DNA of 64,000 nucleotides from a bacterium (GTDB lineage: Bacteria; Desulfobacterota; DSWW01), in contig JBFLZG010000114.1 in assembly GCA_040756235.1 (NCBI GenBank), positions 32,001-96,000 of the forward strand, read 5' to 3'. Below the pieces are notes generated by a model. It had not been told where the DNA came from. It made no database searches and saw only the letters and a program-made list of their open reading frames with translations. The position numbers and the translations under genes are program-made. Shown here piece by piece: positions 9,647 to 18,558 of this stretch. The stretch's first letter is position 1. The number at the start of each line of letters is the position of its first letter.

Positions 9647-9855
9647 GAGGGTGTGTCACAAATCCGGTCAGACCCTCGTGCGACCACTCATTCCGGAGGA
9701 CTCGGAGGCGCGGCCGCATGATTTCCGTCCTTCCGGCGAAGGCCGGAATCCAGTCCCTGCGCCCAGTTGCCACAGCTGGTCCAGGTGCACCCTTCTGGAT
9801 CCCGGCTCTGCGCGCTTCGCACATGGGCCGGGATGACGAATTGTGACACAGCCTC
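9647..9855. mobile_element. Non-autonomous MITE-like element (209 bp) with imperfect 17-bp terminal inverted repeats and a 4-bp target duplication
   Basis: Left end GAGGGTGTGTCACAAAT; right end reverse-complements to GAGGCTGTGTCACAATT (15/17). GCAG is present on both flanks (9643-9646 and 9856-9859). Confidence 0.75.
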
Positions 9856-9917
9856 GCAGGCCGGGGTTTGGTCCCTGAACCCCGCGACACCGGATGGCCG
9901 TGGTGTGGCCTCCAAAA

Positions 9918-10030
9918 GGGCGACGCATGCGTCGCCCCTACAAGAGGTGATCCGCCGGACCAGCGCGGGTCTTCTTGTAGGGGCAGGGCTTGCCCTGCGC
10001 GGACGCGGGCGCAGCAAGCAGCGCCCCTAC
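9918..10030. repeat. Cluster of GTAG-type REP hairpins
   Basis: GGGCGACGCATGCGTCGCCCCTAC (9918-9941), GTAGGGGCAGGGCTTGCCCTGC (9977-9998) and GGGCGCAGCAAGCAGCGCCCCTAC (10007-10030, overlapping the HlyD stop). Confidence 0.75.
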
Positions 10031-10935
10031 AAGGGGTCTCCTTCCGTGCCCTCGGTGGGAGGCGCGCCGGCGTCCACGAACCAGGCGTCCACGGGCATGC
10101 CGGTCTTGAGCGTCCCGTCCGGATTCGGAACTCGAACCTTGACCGCATAAACAAGCCGCACCCGCTCCTCGCGGGTCTGAACGTTCTTGGGGGTGAACTC
10201 GGCCTCGTCGGCAATGGTGGCGACTGCGCCCGGAAAAATGCGGTCCGCATAGCTGTCGGTCTTGAGCTCGACCTTCTGGCCGAGCCGGATCCTGCCGAGC
10301 GTGGGGCCCGGCACGTAGATCTTGACTTCCATGTTCGAGAGATCGGCCAGGGTCAGGAGGGCCGATCCGGGGAACACCGTTTCGCCCAGCTCGACCGGGA
10401 TGCGGAGGATCGTGCCGGCCAGCGGCGCGGTGACAGTGGTGTGGCCGAGCTGCTCCTGGGCGAGCCGGAGAGCTGCTTCGGCCTGCTCGGCCTGGCTGCG
10501 GATGACCGGTTTCTGGGCCTCCAGGACCGACTTCTGGGTTTCGAGGTCGTCGAGCTGCATCTGCGTGGCCGACCCGGTGGAGAGAAGCTTCCGAACCCGG
10601 GCCAGGCTGGTTGCGAGCCCCGCCAGGTTGGCTTCGACCACGCCGAGCTGGCGCAATGCGGTCTCCCGGCTGGCGCGCGCCTGATCGACCTGGGCCCGGT
10701 AGACCGAGTCCTCGATGCGCACGAGGAGCCGCCCGGCCTCGACCCTCTCGCCTTCCAGCACGGGCAGATCGACGATCCGGCCCGTGACCTGTGCGCTCAG
10801 CGAGACCTCGACCGCTTCCACGGTGCCGTAAAAGGAGCGGTCTTCTTCGAAAGCCTTCTTTTGAGCCCGATAGCGGTAGCCGAAATACCCGACCAGCAAG
10901 AGAACCACCATGAGAGGCACGATCCTTCTGGCCAT
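10027..10935 (-). CDS. HlyD-family periplasmic adaptor (YbhG-like)
   Basis: N-terminal TM anchor, GTVEAVEV, coiled coil, APLAGTI, AEFTPKNVQT..ER, LKTGMP. Confidence 0.9.
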   Translation of the reverse strand: MARRIVPLMVVLLLVGYFGYRYRAQKKAFEEDRSFYGTVEAVEVSLSAQVTGRIVDLPVLEGERVEAGRLLVRIEDSVYRAQVDQARASRETALRQLGVVEANLAGLATSLARVRKLLSTGSATQMQLDDLETQKSVLEAQKPVIRSQAEQAEAALRLAQEQLGHTTVTAPLAGTILRIPVELGETVFPGSALLTLADLSNMEVKIYVPGPTLGRIRLGQKVELKTDSYADRIFPGAVATIADEAEFTPKNVQTREERVRLVYAVKVRVPNPDGTLKTGMPVDAWFVDAGAPPTEGTEGDPL

Positions 10936-10939
10936 GGTC

Positions 10940-12313
10940 TCATCTCCCGATCGCGTCCAGATCTCCCGTTGCGGCCGCCAGACGCACCCTGGCGATGCGA
11001 CGATCGTAGAGGGCCTTGAGGTGCTCCAGGCGCGCCCTCCTGGCAGCCAGCTGCGCGTCGATCACCTCGAGGCTGGTGGCGGCGCCGGCCACGTAACTGT
11101 CCTCCGCGATGGCCAGGATCTGACGGGCCCGCTCCTGGTTTTCCTGGGTGGTCCCGATCCGAACGGCCGTCTCCTCCAGATCGAGCAGGGCCGTCCGCAC
11201 CTCGGTCTCGATGTCCGCGAGCGTCTGAGCGGCGCTCCTGCGCAAGGTCTCGGCGCCGGCCCGGGCCTTCTGCATCCCGTGGTAGGCTTCCAACCCGTCA
11301 AACAGCGGCATCCTCAAACCCACCCCGACGGTCCAGTTCTGTTCCCATTCGTTGATGGAGAAGTAGGGTTTCTCGTACCCGAAAGTGCCGGTCAGGGCCA
11401 GATTCGGCAGCATGGCGCCCCGTTCGGCAAGGGCCTGGTCCTCGGCCGCCGAGCGCAGGTGATCGATGGCTCGAAGCTCCGGCCGCATGCGCGCGGCCTG
11501 GTCCAGCTCGGCTCTTTCGTCCACCGCCTCGACCGAAGCGTCCAGGGGGCTCGTGAGCACCAGGTCCGCCTGATCGGGAAGACCGACGGCCCGGCGGAGC
11601 CGGGTCAGCGCGATCTGTATGCCCTTTTCCGCCTCGGTCACTCCGGGTTCGAGGTTGGACACTTCCGCCTCGGCTCTGAGCAGCTCGAGCCGGGTCGCGG
11701 CGCCCGCCTCGTAGCGGTGGCGGACATGCTCCAGGTGAGAACGTGCGGCCGCCAGGGCCTCGCGCTGGACCGCGGCAACGCTCGCCGCGATGAGCGCGCC
11801 GTTGTAGGCTTCGGCTGTGCGCTGAGCCGTCTTGAGCCGCGTCGCAGATTCCTGCTGCCGGACGGACTCGATCTGGGCCTTGGCGGCCTGGTGGGTGTAG
11901 TAGACGCGGCCGGAGGCGAACAGGAGCTGGTTCAGGGCGATCTTTGTCCGGTAGTTGTCCTGGGCCCCGACCGAGACTTCCCGCCGGATGCGCAGGGACG
12001 GGATGAGCGGACTGGGGGACTCCAGCGGGAAATCGATCTCGATCCGGGGCACGTTGTCGATGTAGGTGTAGCCGCTCTCGAGCGTGAGGTCGGGAAGGAA
12101 GCCGGAGAAGACCTGGGCGCGGGCCTGTTCCCGTTCGTCGATCTGACTCCGCACCACCGCGAGGTCCGGGTTGTGCTCGAGCCCGTAGGCGATCGCATCG
12201 GACAGGGACCAGCGCAGGGGTTCGGCCGCCCGGGCCGCCGGGCGTGACGGTGCGGCCAGCAACGCTGCCAGGAGGGCCGTCCCGAAGAGAGGCTTCAGAA
12301 GGCTGGTTTTCAT
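10940..12313 (-). CDS. TolC-family outer-membrane efflux protein
   Basis: Real start inferred at MKTSLLKPLF (ATGA overlap with tetR stop). Signal peptide, LEHNPDL, RYEAGAATRLELL and YVAGAATSLEV repeats. The 5' extension in the ORF track is spurious. Confidence 0.88.
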   Translation of the reverse strand: MKTSLLKPLFGTALLAALLAAPSRPAARAAEPLRWSLSDAIAYGLEHNPDLAVVRSQIDEREQARAQVFSGFLPDLTLESGYTYIDNVPRIEIDFPLESPSPLIPSLRIRREVSVGAQDNYRTKIALNQLLFASGRVYYTHQAAKAQIESVRQQESATRLKTAQRTAEAYNGALIAASVAAVQREALAAARSHLEHVRHRYEAGAATRLELLRAEAEVSNLEPGVTEAEKGIQIALTRLRRAVGLPDQADLVLTSPLDASVEAVDERAELDQAARMRPELRAIDHLRSAAEDQALAERGAMLPNLALTGTFGYEKPYFSINEWEQNWTVGVGLRMPLFDGLEAYHGMQKARAGAETLRRSAAQTLADIETEVRTALLDLEETAVRIGTTQENQERARQILAIAEDSYVAGAATSLEVIDAQLAARRARLEHLKALYDRRIARVRLAAATGDLDAIGR

Positions 12314-12933
12314 CGAGAACTCCCCCCTCTCGGTAGAGCCAGCACGCCGCCGAGCAGCACCTTCCGGAAAGTCGCGGCGAACTGGCCGATGCTGATGTCC
12401 TGGGACAGGAGGAATTTCGGGTTCGCCAGATTCGTGACGATGCCCTGGATGAGCTTGCCGGCCACGACCGGGTCGAGGTCCGGCCGCACGGATCCTTCGC
12501 TCTGCCCCCGGCGCAGAAGCTCGGTGAAGATGCCGGCGATCTGATTGCGGAAGCCCTCGATTTCCGCCCAGATCCCGGGCAGGAGCAGCTGGATGTCCGC
12601 CATCATGCGTGCCGTTACGTTGGCAAAGAGGTTGTGGATGAGCAGGTCGAAATGAAGATCGAGAATCTCGTCGACGGGCTTGTCCGAGGAGAGGTTTTGG
12701 GCGATGGGGGGCAAGGCCGCGGAGAGGTGCTGCGTCACCAGCTCGTTGACCAGGGCATCCCGGCTGCCGAAGTGCCGGTAGAAAGTGCGCTTGCTCATGG
12801 CCATGTCCGCGCACAGCTCTTCGACCGTGACCTTGCGGATCCCCCGCTCGGAGAAGACCCGCATGGTATGGGCCAGGATCTTTTCGCGCGTTCTTCGCGC
12901 CCGCTCACCCGGTTCCCGTGGGAGAGGCTTCAT
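12310..12933 (-). CDS. TetR/AcrR family transcriptional regulator
   Basis: HTH region FSERGIRKVTVEELCADMAMSKRTFYRHFGSRDAL; C-terminal GQSEGSVRPDLD. Start uncertain (12933 or 12960). Confidence 0.88.
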   Translation of the reverse strand: MKPLPREPGERARRTREKILAHTMRVFSERGIRKVTVEELCADMAMSKRTFYRHFGSRDALVNELVTQHLSAALPPIAQNLSSDKPVDEILDLHFDLLIHNLFANVTARMMADIQLLLPGIWAEIEGFRNQIAGIFTELLRRGQSEGSVRPDLDPVVAGKLIQGIVTNLANPKFLLSQDISIGQFAATFRKVLLGGVLALPRGGSSR

Positions 12934-12951
12934 CGCAGTTATACGCCACTT

Positions 12952-12981
12952 AGGAAACAATATGAGTAAAGTTAGTTTCCT
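12952..12981. promoter_or_regulatory. Candidate TetR operator (inverted repeat)
   Basis: AGGAAAC-N16-GTTTCCT in an AT-rich patch just upstream of the tetR start. Confidence 0.45.
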
Positions 12982-13101
12982 TTATGCCACAACCAGTCGA
13001 TTCGATCAAGGAGTCTTTGCAGGGGCGGAGTCGGCTCAGATCCCGGGGTCTGCGGAGAGGAGGCTGCCAAGGAGTGAATCGAACGAAGAAAGGACCGGTC
13101 T

Positions 13102-13461
13102 CTATTTTTCCCCCTCTGCCGGGACGTCTCCCGAGCGCTTCCGGGGCGCTTTTTGGAAGCCGTCGAGCCAGTGGAGGACCGCGAGCAGCGGGTGGCGGCG
13201 GATCATGCGCGGCCCTGCGTAGCCCATGACCGCCTTGATCTGTTGGCGCCTGCGTGGCTGGTAGCAGTGGACCGGGCACTTTGCGCAGGTAGGTTTGTCC
13301 TCCGCGAAAGGACACTTCTCCAGACGGGTTTCCGCGTACGTGAGCAGATCGTGGCAATCCAGGCACAGGCTGGCGGAGCTTTTGTGCACGCCCCTGCAGT
13401 AAATCGCGATCATCGCCCTCAATGTCTTCTGCTCTCGGTCGATCCGGCCGTGGTCCTTCAT
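13102..13461 (-). CDS. YgbA / nitrous oxide-stimulated promoter family protein
   Basis: REQKTLRAMIAIYC...LCLDC..LLTYA..RLEKCPF..DKPTCAKCPVHCY...VMGYAGPRM..RHP. Start at MKDHG overlaps the upstream stop. Confidence 0.85.
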   Translation of the reverse strand: MKDHGRIDREQKTLRAMIAIYCRGVHKSSASLCLDCHDLLTYAETRLEKCPFAEDKPTCAKCPVHCYQPRRRQQIKAVMGYAGPRMIRRHPLLAVLHWLDGFQKAPRKRSGDVPAEGEK

Positions 13462-16400
13462 GGTCTCGCTCTCCGTGGAGCCCGCCTGCCTGTTCGCTTC
13501 AGCAGCGCGGCAAGCGCCGCAGGCAGCCCATACAATAGGATGGCAGGAAGGAGCCGGAAAGGCGCGGGGGCGGGGCGGCCGCCTCCGGAGAACACGGCGC
13601 AGCCGCAATCTCCGCCGCCTCCTCCGGTGCGGTCGGCCGGAGACGGCTCCTCCGCGGCCGGGTAGAGGCCGGAGAGGTTTCCGGCTTCGTCCGCGGCGCG
13701 CACGGCGACGAAGGCGCCGGCCGCGAGGTCCGGCAGAAAGGCCCTTTCGGTTTCGCCCGCCGGTCGGGGCGCCAGGGAGACCGGGACGGTCTGCGCCTGG
13801 CGCCAGTTGAAGGGATCGACCGGCTCGCCGAGGCTGCGGATCTCATACGAGGAAGCCGCCCCCTCCCTTCCGTCGTCCCCCACGGCCGTCCAGGTGGCGA
13901 GCAGGCCGGCCTGCCCGTCCTGTTGCGCAGAAGAGACGCGCAGATCGTCGATGGAGCTCGGGGGCTCCGTGTCCGCCTGATAGCTGCCCGTGGCGTGCCC
14001 ATCGTGGTGGAAGCTCCACCACTGCACCTCCTGAGCCGCATCGCCCGCCGTGTCCCAGGCGAAGAGGTCGCCCTCCCGGGTGCTGAGGAGCACCTCGAGA
14101 AGGCCGTCCCCGTCCAGGTCGCCGACCGTGGGCGCGCCGACGATCCATCCGCCGGTGAACTTGGGCCAGCCCTCCCCCTCCTCTCCCTGGCCGTTCAAGG
14201 CATGCAGGAGGTAGTGGGAGTTTCCGTCCAGGATCTCGAAGGCGCCGTCTCCGGTCACGTCCGCGACCGCGGGCTGGGTCACGAAGTGGAAGCCGTCCAC
14301 GACCCTGGGGAAGGCCGGCAGGAAGCTCCCCTGCCGCAGGTCCCAGCAGCCGAGGAGGTGATCGAAGTGGGTCTCGAGCCCTTCAAAAAGCTTGGCCCCG
14401 ATGATCCGGCCGCCCGCCCCGCCCGTGGCGAGCTCCGGGCTGCCGTCGCCGTTCAAGTCACCCAGGGCCGCGTTTGCAGGCAGACTCAGGAAGAGGACGT
14501 CGCGCGAGTCGCTCGCCGGGCCGAAGCCGAAGGCCGGGAGCTCGGTCACGACCGACCCGTCGCCGGAAACGACCCTGGGAGCGCCCATCACGGCGTAGCT
14601 CAGGACCTCGTGCGTGCCGTCTCCGTCGAGGTCCGCCAGGAGAGGGCTCATGGGATGGCCCTTGCCGACCGTGGGGAGCATGTCCCCGGCAGGCGTCGGG
14701 ACTTCCACCGGCCATCCGGCCGCCATGCGGCCGTCGAAGTGAAAGGCGTACAGCCGTGCGGACTGGCTGGGCAGCTCGCCGTAAAGCTCGTTGGTGCCGA
14801 CGACGATCTCGGGATGGAGCAACCCGTCGGCTTCGACCCGGCCGTCGATGTCGCCCACGGCCGGGGTGGAGACGATCTTGTCGATCTTGCCGTCCTCGCT
14901 CCGGGCCAGGGCAGGCCAGCCCGGGACCGGCTCTCCGTTCTCGCGCCAGGCGTAGACCCGCTGATCCATGCAGGCGGCCACGATCTCCAGAGATCCGTCC
15001 AGGTCGAGATCGGCGAGAACCGGAGAGGCGAGGAAGCGCGACTCCAGCCACGGGTCTTCGGCTGCCAGGTCCGGGTCGGCCCGGACCGGGAACCCTTCTC
15101 GGCCGGTCCCGTCCGCTTCGAACACATAGAGCCGGCCGTTCATGGCCGCTACCACGATCTCGAACAAGCCGTCGCGGTCCAGGTCGCCCACGGCCGGCGT
15201 GGCGACGACCGGGACGCTGGGCGGAGCGACCGCCCCGGAGCGGAAGGCGGGCGCGTCGAGGTGATGGGACGGATTCTCCGGCGAGCCGCTTTCCACGACG
15301 TCGAGCGCCACGGGCCAGGAGGTCTTGCGGCCGTGCAGAGAGTCGAACCGGGAGCCGTTCTCCCGGAGCACCGTGATGCGGCCGGCGGACGTGGCCACGA
15401 CGATCTCCTTGCGGTTGTCGCCGTCCAGGTCGGCGAGCCTGAGAGAAGCTTCGCCCGAGGCGTCCAGCCGGATCGGGAACCCCGGGTGCAGCGTGGGGTC
15501 ATGATGGACGAACAGGAGCCTCCGGTCCTCGGCCCTGTTGCCCTGCGAATCCGTGACCACGAGCCGCAGCGTCACGGCCGGTCCGTTGGGAGTGACGGGC
15601 GCGGGTGCCGCTTCGAGCCCCGTCTCGCGGATGTCCCAGCGACAGAGCTCGCCCTGAAGGGGCTCGGCGAGCGTGCCGGAGCCGCAGATCCGCCCGAAGT
15701 CCTCCTCCGCCGGATCCGCGCCCGGCGCCCACTGGACCTCGTACCGGCAGCCCGCGGAGCGATCCGCCCGGACCTCCCCCTCGATGGAGACCTCGGCCGC
15801 CCGGACCGGGTCGAGCGTGCCGTACCAGGCCGGCGAAGAGATGCGGGCGACCGGGGGCACGGTCTGCTCCGCAAGGGAGAGCACCGCACGGTCGGCGCGC
15901 ACGCGGCCGTACCCGGTCCAGGGGTCGAAGCCCTCGCGGCAGGCGTAGACGGTCCCGACGATGTCCTCCGCCGTCTGCCGCAGCACCTGCCGGACCTCGG
16001 CCGGTCTCAGGGGCGGGTAGAGCCCGAGCTCCAGGGCCCGCGAGAAAACGAGCGCCGCGACCCCGGCCACGTGCGGGGTCGCGTTCGAGGTCCCTCCGGC
16101 GTGGTCCTGATAACCCTCAGGGAAATCGGCGTTGCGCACCCACGAGGGCGCGGCCACGTCGATGTGGGCCCCGTAATCGGAGTAGTTGGAGCGGGTCACC
16201 CAGGAAGTGGGGAAAAACGGAGGAATCGGCAGGCCGCTCGTGTTGGGCTGAATGGCGCCGGCCCCGACCACCTCGTCGCAGATGACCGGGTAGTTGTGGT
16301 GAAAGCTGTACTCATTGCCCATCGCCGCCACCGGGAGCACCCCCTGTTCGTCCGCGTAGCGGAAGGCCTGCCGCAGGAAGGGGGTGTTGGACATGCAGCC

Positions 16401-17162
16401 CAGGCTCATGCTGAGCACCTTCGCGCCGTTGTCCGCCGCATAGATCACGGCCTCGGCGAGCAGGTGAGAGTGGCTGACGTGCGGGGCGTCGCCGATGCGC
16501 AGGGAGAGAAGGCGGCAGCGAGGCGCCACGGCGGCAACCCCCTTGCCGTTGTCCGTCTCGGCCGAGTGGACGGAGGCGGTCCCGGTGCCGTGGCCGTAGG
16601 AGCCGGCATCCGCGACGTCGTTGTCGCCGTCGAAGAAGTCCCAGCCGCTGATGTCGTCCACGTACCCGTTGAGGTCGTCGTCGACCCCGTCGCTGAACGC
16701 CGTCAGCAGGTCTCCCACGTCCAGCCCGTCGCCGCCGACGTCCGCGACCCGGGCGTCGTCCGCATAGTCGGCCACGTTGAACATTCCGTCGCCGTTCAAA
16801 TCGTGTTCCGGGGCCGGTGCGCCCTGAGCGTCCAGAGGCAGGGGAAGCTCGTCGCCGTTCAGGTAGAGCTGATTTCTCAGGTCCTCATGCCGGTACTCGA
16901 CGCCGCTGTCGAGGTTCGCGATGATCACCTCCGGGCTGCCCCGGGTCACGGCCCACGCCGCGGTCGCCCCGATGCCCCGGCCGTCGGACATGAGATTCCA
17001 CTGCTCTTCGACGGCCTCGTAGGGGTCGCCCTCGAACAGCGGATCGTTCGGGTAGGGCTCCTGGGCGAGAACGGCGGCGGAATCGATCCGGATGATGGTC
17101 GCGAGGCAGAAGAGCAGAAGAAGGACGCAGCCCGTGCCGGAGCGGAGGAGCAACTGTTTCAT
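13458..17162 (-). CDS. Secreted subtilisin-like (S8) serine peptidase with FG-GAP/VCBS repeats and C-terminal Cys/TM sorting tail
   Basis: Start inferred at MKQLLLRSG (signal peptide, then YPNDPLF). Triad motifs IANLDSG, GHGTGTAS and GGTSNATPHVAG; many DLDGDG repeats; tail GGGGGDCGCAV, hydrophobic stretch, basic end. Confidence 0.85.
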   Translation of the reverse strand: MKQLLLRSGTGCVLLLLFCLATIIRIDSAAVLAQEPYPNDPLFEGDPYEAVEEQWNLMSDGRGIGATAAWAVTRGSPEVIIANLDSGVEYRHEDLRNQLYLNGDELPLPLDAQGAPAPEHDLNGDGMFNVADYADDARVADVGGDGLDVGDLLTAFSDGVDDDLNGYVDDISGWDFFDGDNDVADAGSYGHGTGTASVHSAETDNGKGVAAVAPRCRLLSLRIGDAPHVSHSHLLAEAVIYAADNGAKVLSMSLGCMSNTPFLRQAFRYADEQGVLPVAAMGNEYSFHHNYPVICDEVVGAGAIQPNTSGLPIPPFFPTSWVTRSNYSDYGAHIDVAAPSWVRNADFPEGYQDHAGGTSNATPHVAGVAALVFSRALELGLYPPLRPAEVRQVLRQTAEDIVGTVYACREGFDPWTGYGRVRADRAVLSLAEQTVPPVARISSPAWYGTLDPVRAAEVSIEGEVRADRSAGCRYEVQWAPGADPAEEDFGRICGSGTLAEPLQGELCRWDIRETGLEAAPAPVTPNGPAVTLRLVVTDSQGNRAEDRRLLFVHHDPTLHPGFPIRLDASGEASLRLADLDGDNRKEIVVATSAGRITVLRENGSRFDSLHGRKTSWPVALDVVESGSPENPSHHLDAPAFRSGAVAPPSVPVVATPAVGDLDRDGLFEIVVAAMNGRLYVFEADGTGREGFPVRADPDLAAEDPWLESRFLASPVLADLDLDGSLEIVAACMDQRVYAWRENGEPVPGWPALARSEDGKIDKIVSTPAVGDIDGRVEADGLLHPEIVVGTNELYGELPSQSARLYAFHFDGRMAAGWPVEVPTPAGDMLPTVGKGHPMSPLLADLDGDGTHEVLSYAVMGAPRVVSGDGSVVTELPAFGFGPASDSRDVLFLSLPANAALGDLNGDGSPELATGGAGGRIIGAKLFEGLETHFDHLLGCWDLRQGSFLPAFPRVVDGFHFVTQPAVADVTGDGAFEILDGNSHYLLHALNGQGEEGEGWPKFTGGWIVGAPTVGDLDGDGLLEVLLSTREGDLFAWDTAGDAAQEVQWWSFHHDGHATGSYQADTEPPSSIDDLRVSSAQQDGQAGLLATWTAVGDDGREGAASSYEIRSLGEPVDPFNWRQAQTVPVSLAPRPAGETERAFLPDLAAGAFVAVRAADEAGNLSGLYPAAEEPSPADRTGGGGGDCGCAVFSGGGRPAPAPFRLLPAILLYGLPAALAALLKRTGRRAPRRARP

Positions 17163-17230
17163 ATCGCACTCCTTCTGAAGGCGGTCGAGAAACGCCCCCG
17201 TCTGCGGCGTTGCGCTCGGCCCGTGGGCCG

Positions 17231-18295
17231 TCAGAGCCATTTCCTCTTTCTGAAATAGTACAGCATGAGGCCGCCGACCGAGAGCATGGCCAGCCAGACC
17301 AGGGGATATCCCCAGCGCCATTCCAGCTCCGGCATGGAGCGGAAGTTCATGCCGTAGACGCCCGCAATGAAGGTGAGAGGGATGAAGATCGTAGCGATGA
17401 TGGTCAACACCTTCATCACCTCGTTCATGCGGTTGCTGACGCCGGTCAGGTAGATGTCGAGCATGCCGGAGAGCATGTCGCGGAAGGTCTCGACCGTGTC
17501 GATCACCTGGATGGTATGGTCGTAGATGTCGCGCAGGAACAGCCCGGTCTCCTTCTGGATCAGAGGGGACTCGGAGCGCTGCAGGGTGCTGATCACTTCC
17601 CTGAGCGGCCACACGGAACGCCGCAGATGGATCATCTCGCGCTTCAGGCGATGGATGGTTTGAGCCGTCTCCTCGGTGGGGTTCCGGATCAGGTCTTCCT
17701 CCAGGGTTTCGATCTTCTCCCCGAGCGTCTCCAGGACCGTAAAGTAGTTGTCCACGATCGAGTCGAGCAGCACGTAAGCCAGATAGTCGGTGCCCATGGC
17801 GCGCACCCGGCCCCCGCACTTGCGGATCCGCTCCCGGATCGGCTCGAAGACGTCGCCTGCTTTCTCCTGGAAGGAGAAGACGAAGTGGCGCCCGAACACG
17901 ATGCTGATCTGCTCCTTGTGAGTCTGCTGAGCCTCCGCGTCGTAGGACAGCTCGCTCACGATCAGAAACACGTATTCGCCATAGTCTTCGGCCTTGGGCC
18001 GGTTCTCCGTGTTGAGGATGTCCTCCATGACCAGAGGGTGCAGGCCGAATCGCTCGCCGAGCTCTTTGAGGACCTCCACCTCGTGGAGCCCGTCGACATT
18101 GATCCACGTCACGGTGGGCCGGTCCCTGAAGGGAAGAGCCTCCCCCACGGTCTGGATCTGTTTTTCCTGATACTGCTCCGGGTCGAAATCGAACAGAGTC
18201 AGTTTCGCGGTCTCGGCCCTGCGCTCGCCGATGTGCACGAGGGTGCCGGGTGGAAGGCCTGCTTTGCGAGAGCGCTTCTTGAGTCGTTTGCGCAT
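17231..18295 (-). CDS. corA: Magnesium/cobalt transporter CorA
   Basis: GLPPGTLVHIG, LHPLVMEDILNT..RPK, two C-terminal TM helices with the GMNF motif and MPEL. Confidence 0.95.
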   Translation of the reverse strand: MRKRLKKRSRKAGLPPGTLVHIGERRAETAKLTLFDFDPEQYQEKQIQTVGEALPFRDRPTVTWINVDGLHEVEVLKELGERFGLHPLVMEDILNTENRPKAEDYGEYVFLIVSELSYDAEAQQTHKEQISIVFGRHFVFSFQEKAGDVFEPIRERIRKCGGRVRAMGTDYLAYVLLDSIVDNYFTVLETLGEKIETLEEDLIRNPTEETAQTIHRLKREMIHLRRSVWPLREVISTLQRSESPLIQKETGLFLRDIYDHTIQVIDTVETFRDMLSGMLDIYLTGVSNRMNEVMKVLTIIATIFIPLTFIAGVYGMNFRSMPELEWRWGYPLVWLAMLSVGGLMLYYFRKRKWL

Positions 18296-18558
18296 GAGTT
18301 CTCTCCGCGGACTTGGGCTGATGTTCCTGCCTGCTTCGGGTTTCCGGCTTGTGCGTGCCGCTGGCCGGGCCTCCGGCCGGCTGCCGTCCGCCCCTGGCTG
18401 CCCATTGTATGCAGGGCGAAATAAAAGGGAAGTCTAAATCCGGCCCCGGGCCGTCTCGGTTTTTCCCTTGCGCAACGCTCATCGATTGTCAGAGAATGCC
18501 GAGGCACTTCAGGCCGTGCATCTCTGCTGCTCGGAGCATTCTTGCGGAGGGTTCTTGG

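Noticed and set aside
9543..10250. Short ORFs in the hlyD-ABC gap (e.g. 9633-10250 containing VGATHASP)
   Set aside because: They are translations of REP/MITE sequence rather than genes.
1459..17258. Very long plus-strand ORFs (e.g. 1459-4218, 6431-7987, 13923-17258)
   Set aside because: Antisense to clear genes, with no recognisable motifs; expected at this GC content.
13458..18482. 1674-aa ORF suggesting a giant fusion protein
   Set aside because: The first ~440 aa are an alternative frame over corA with low-complexity Arg/Pro/Gly content. The signal peptide begins at 17162.
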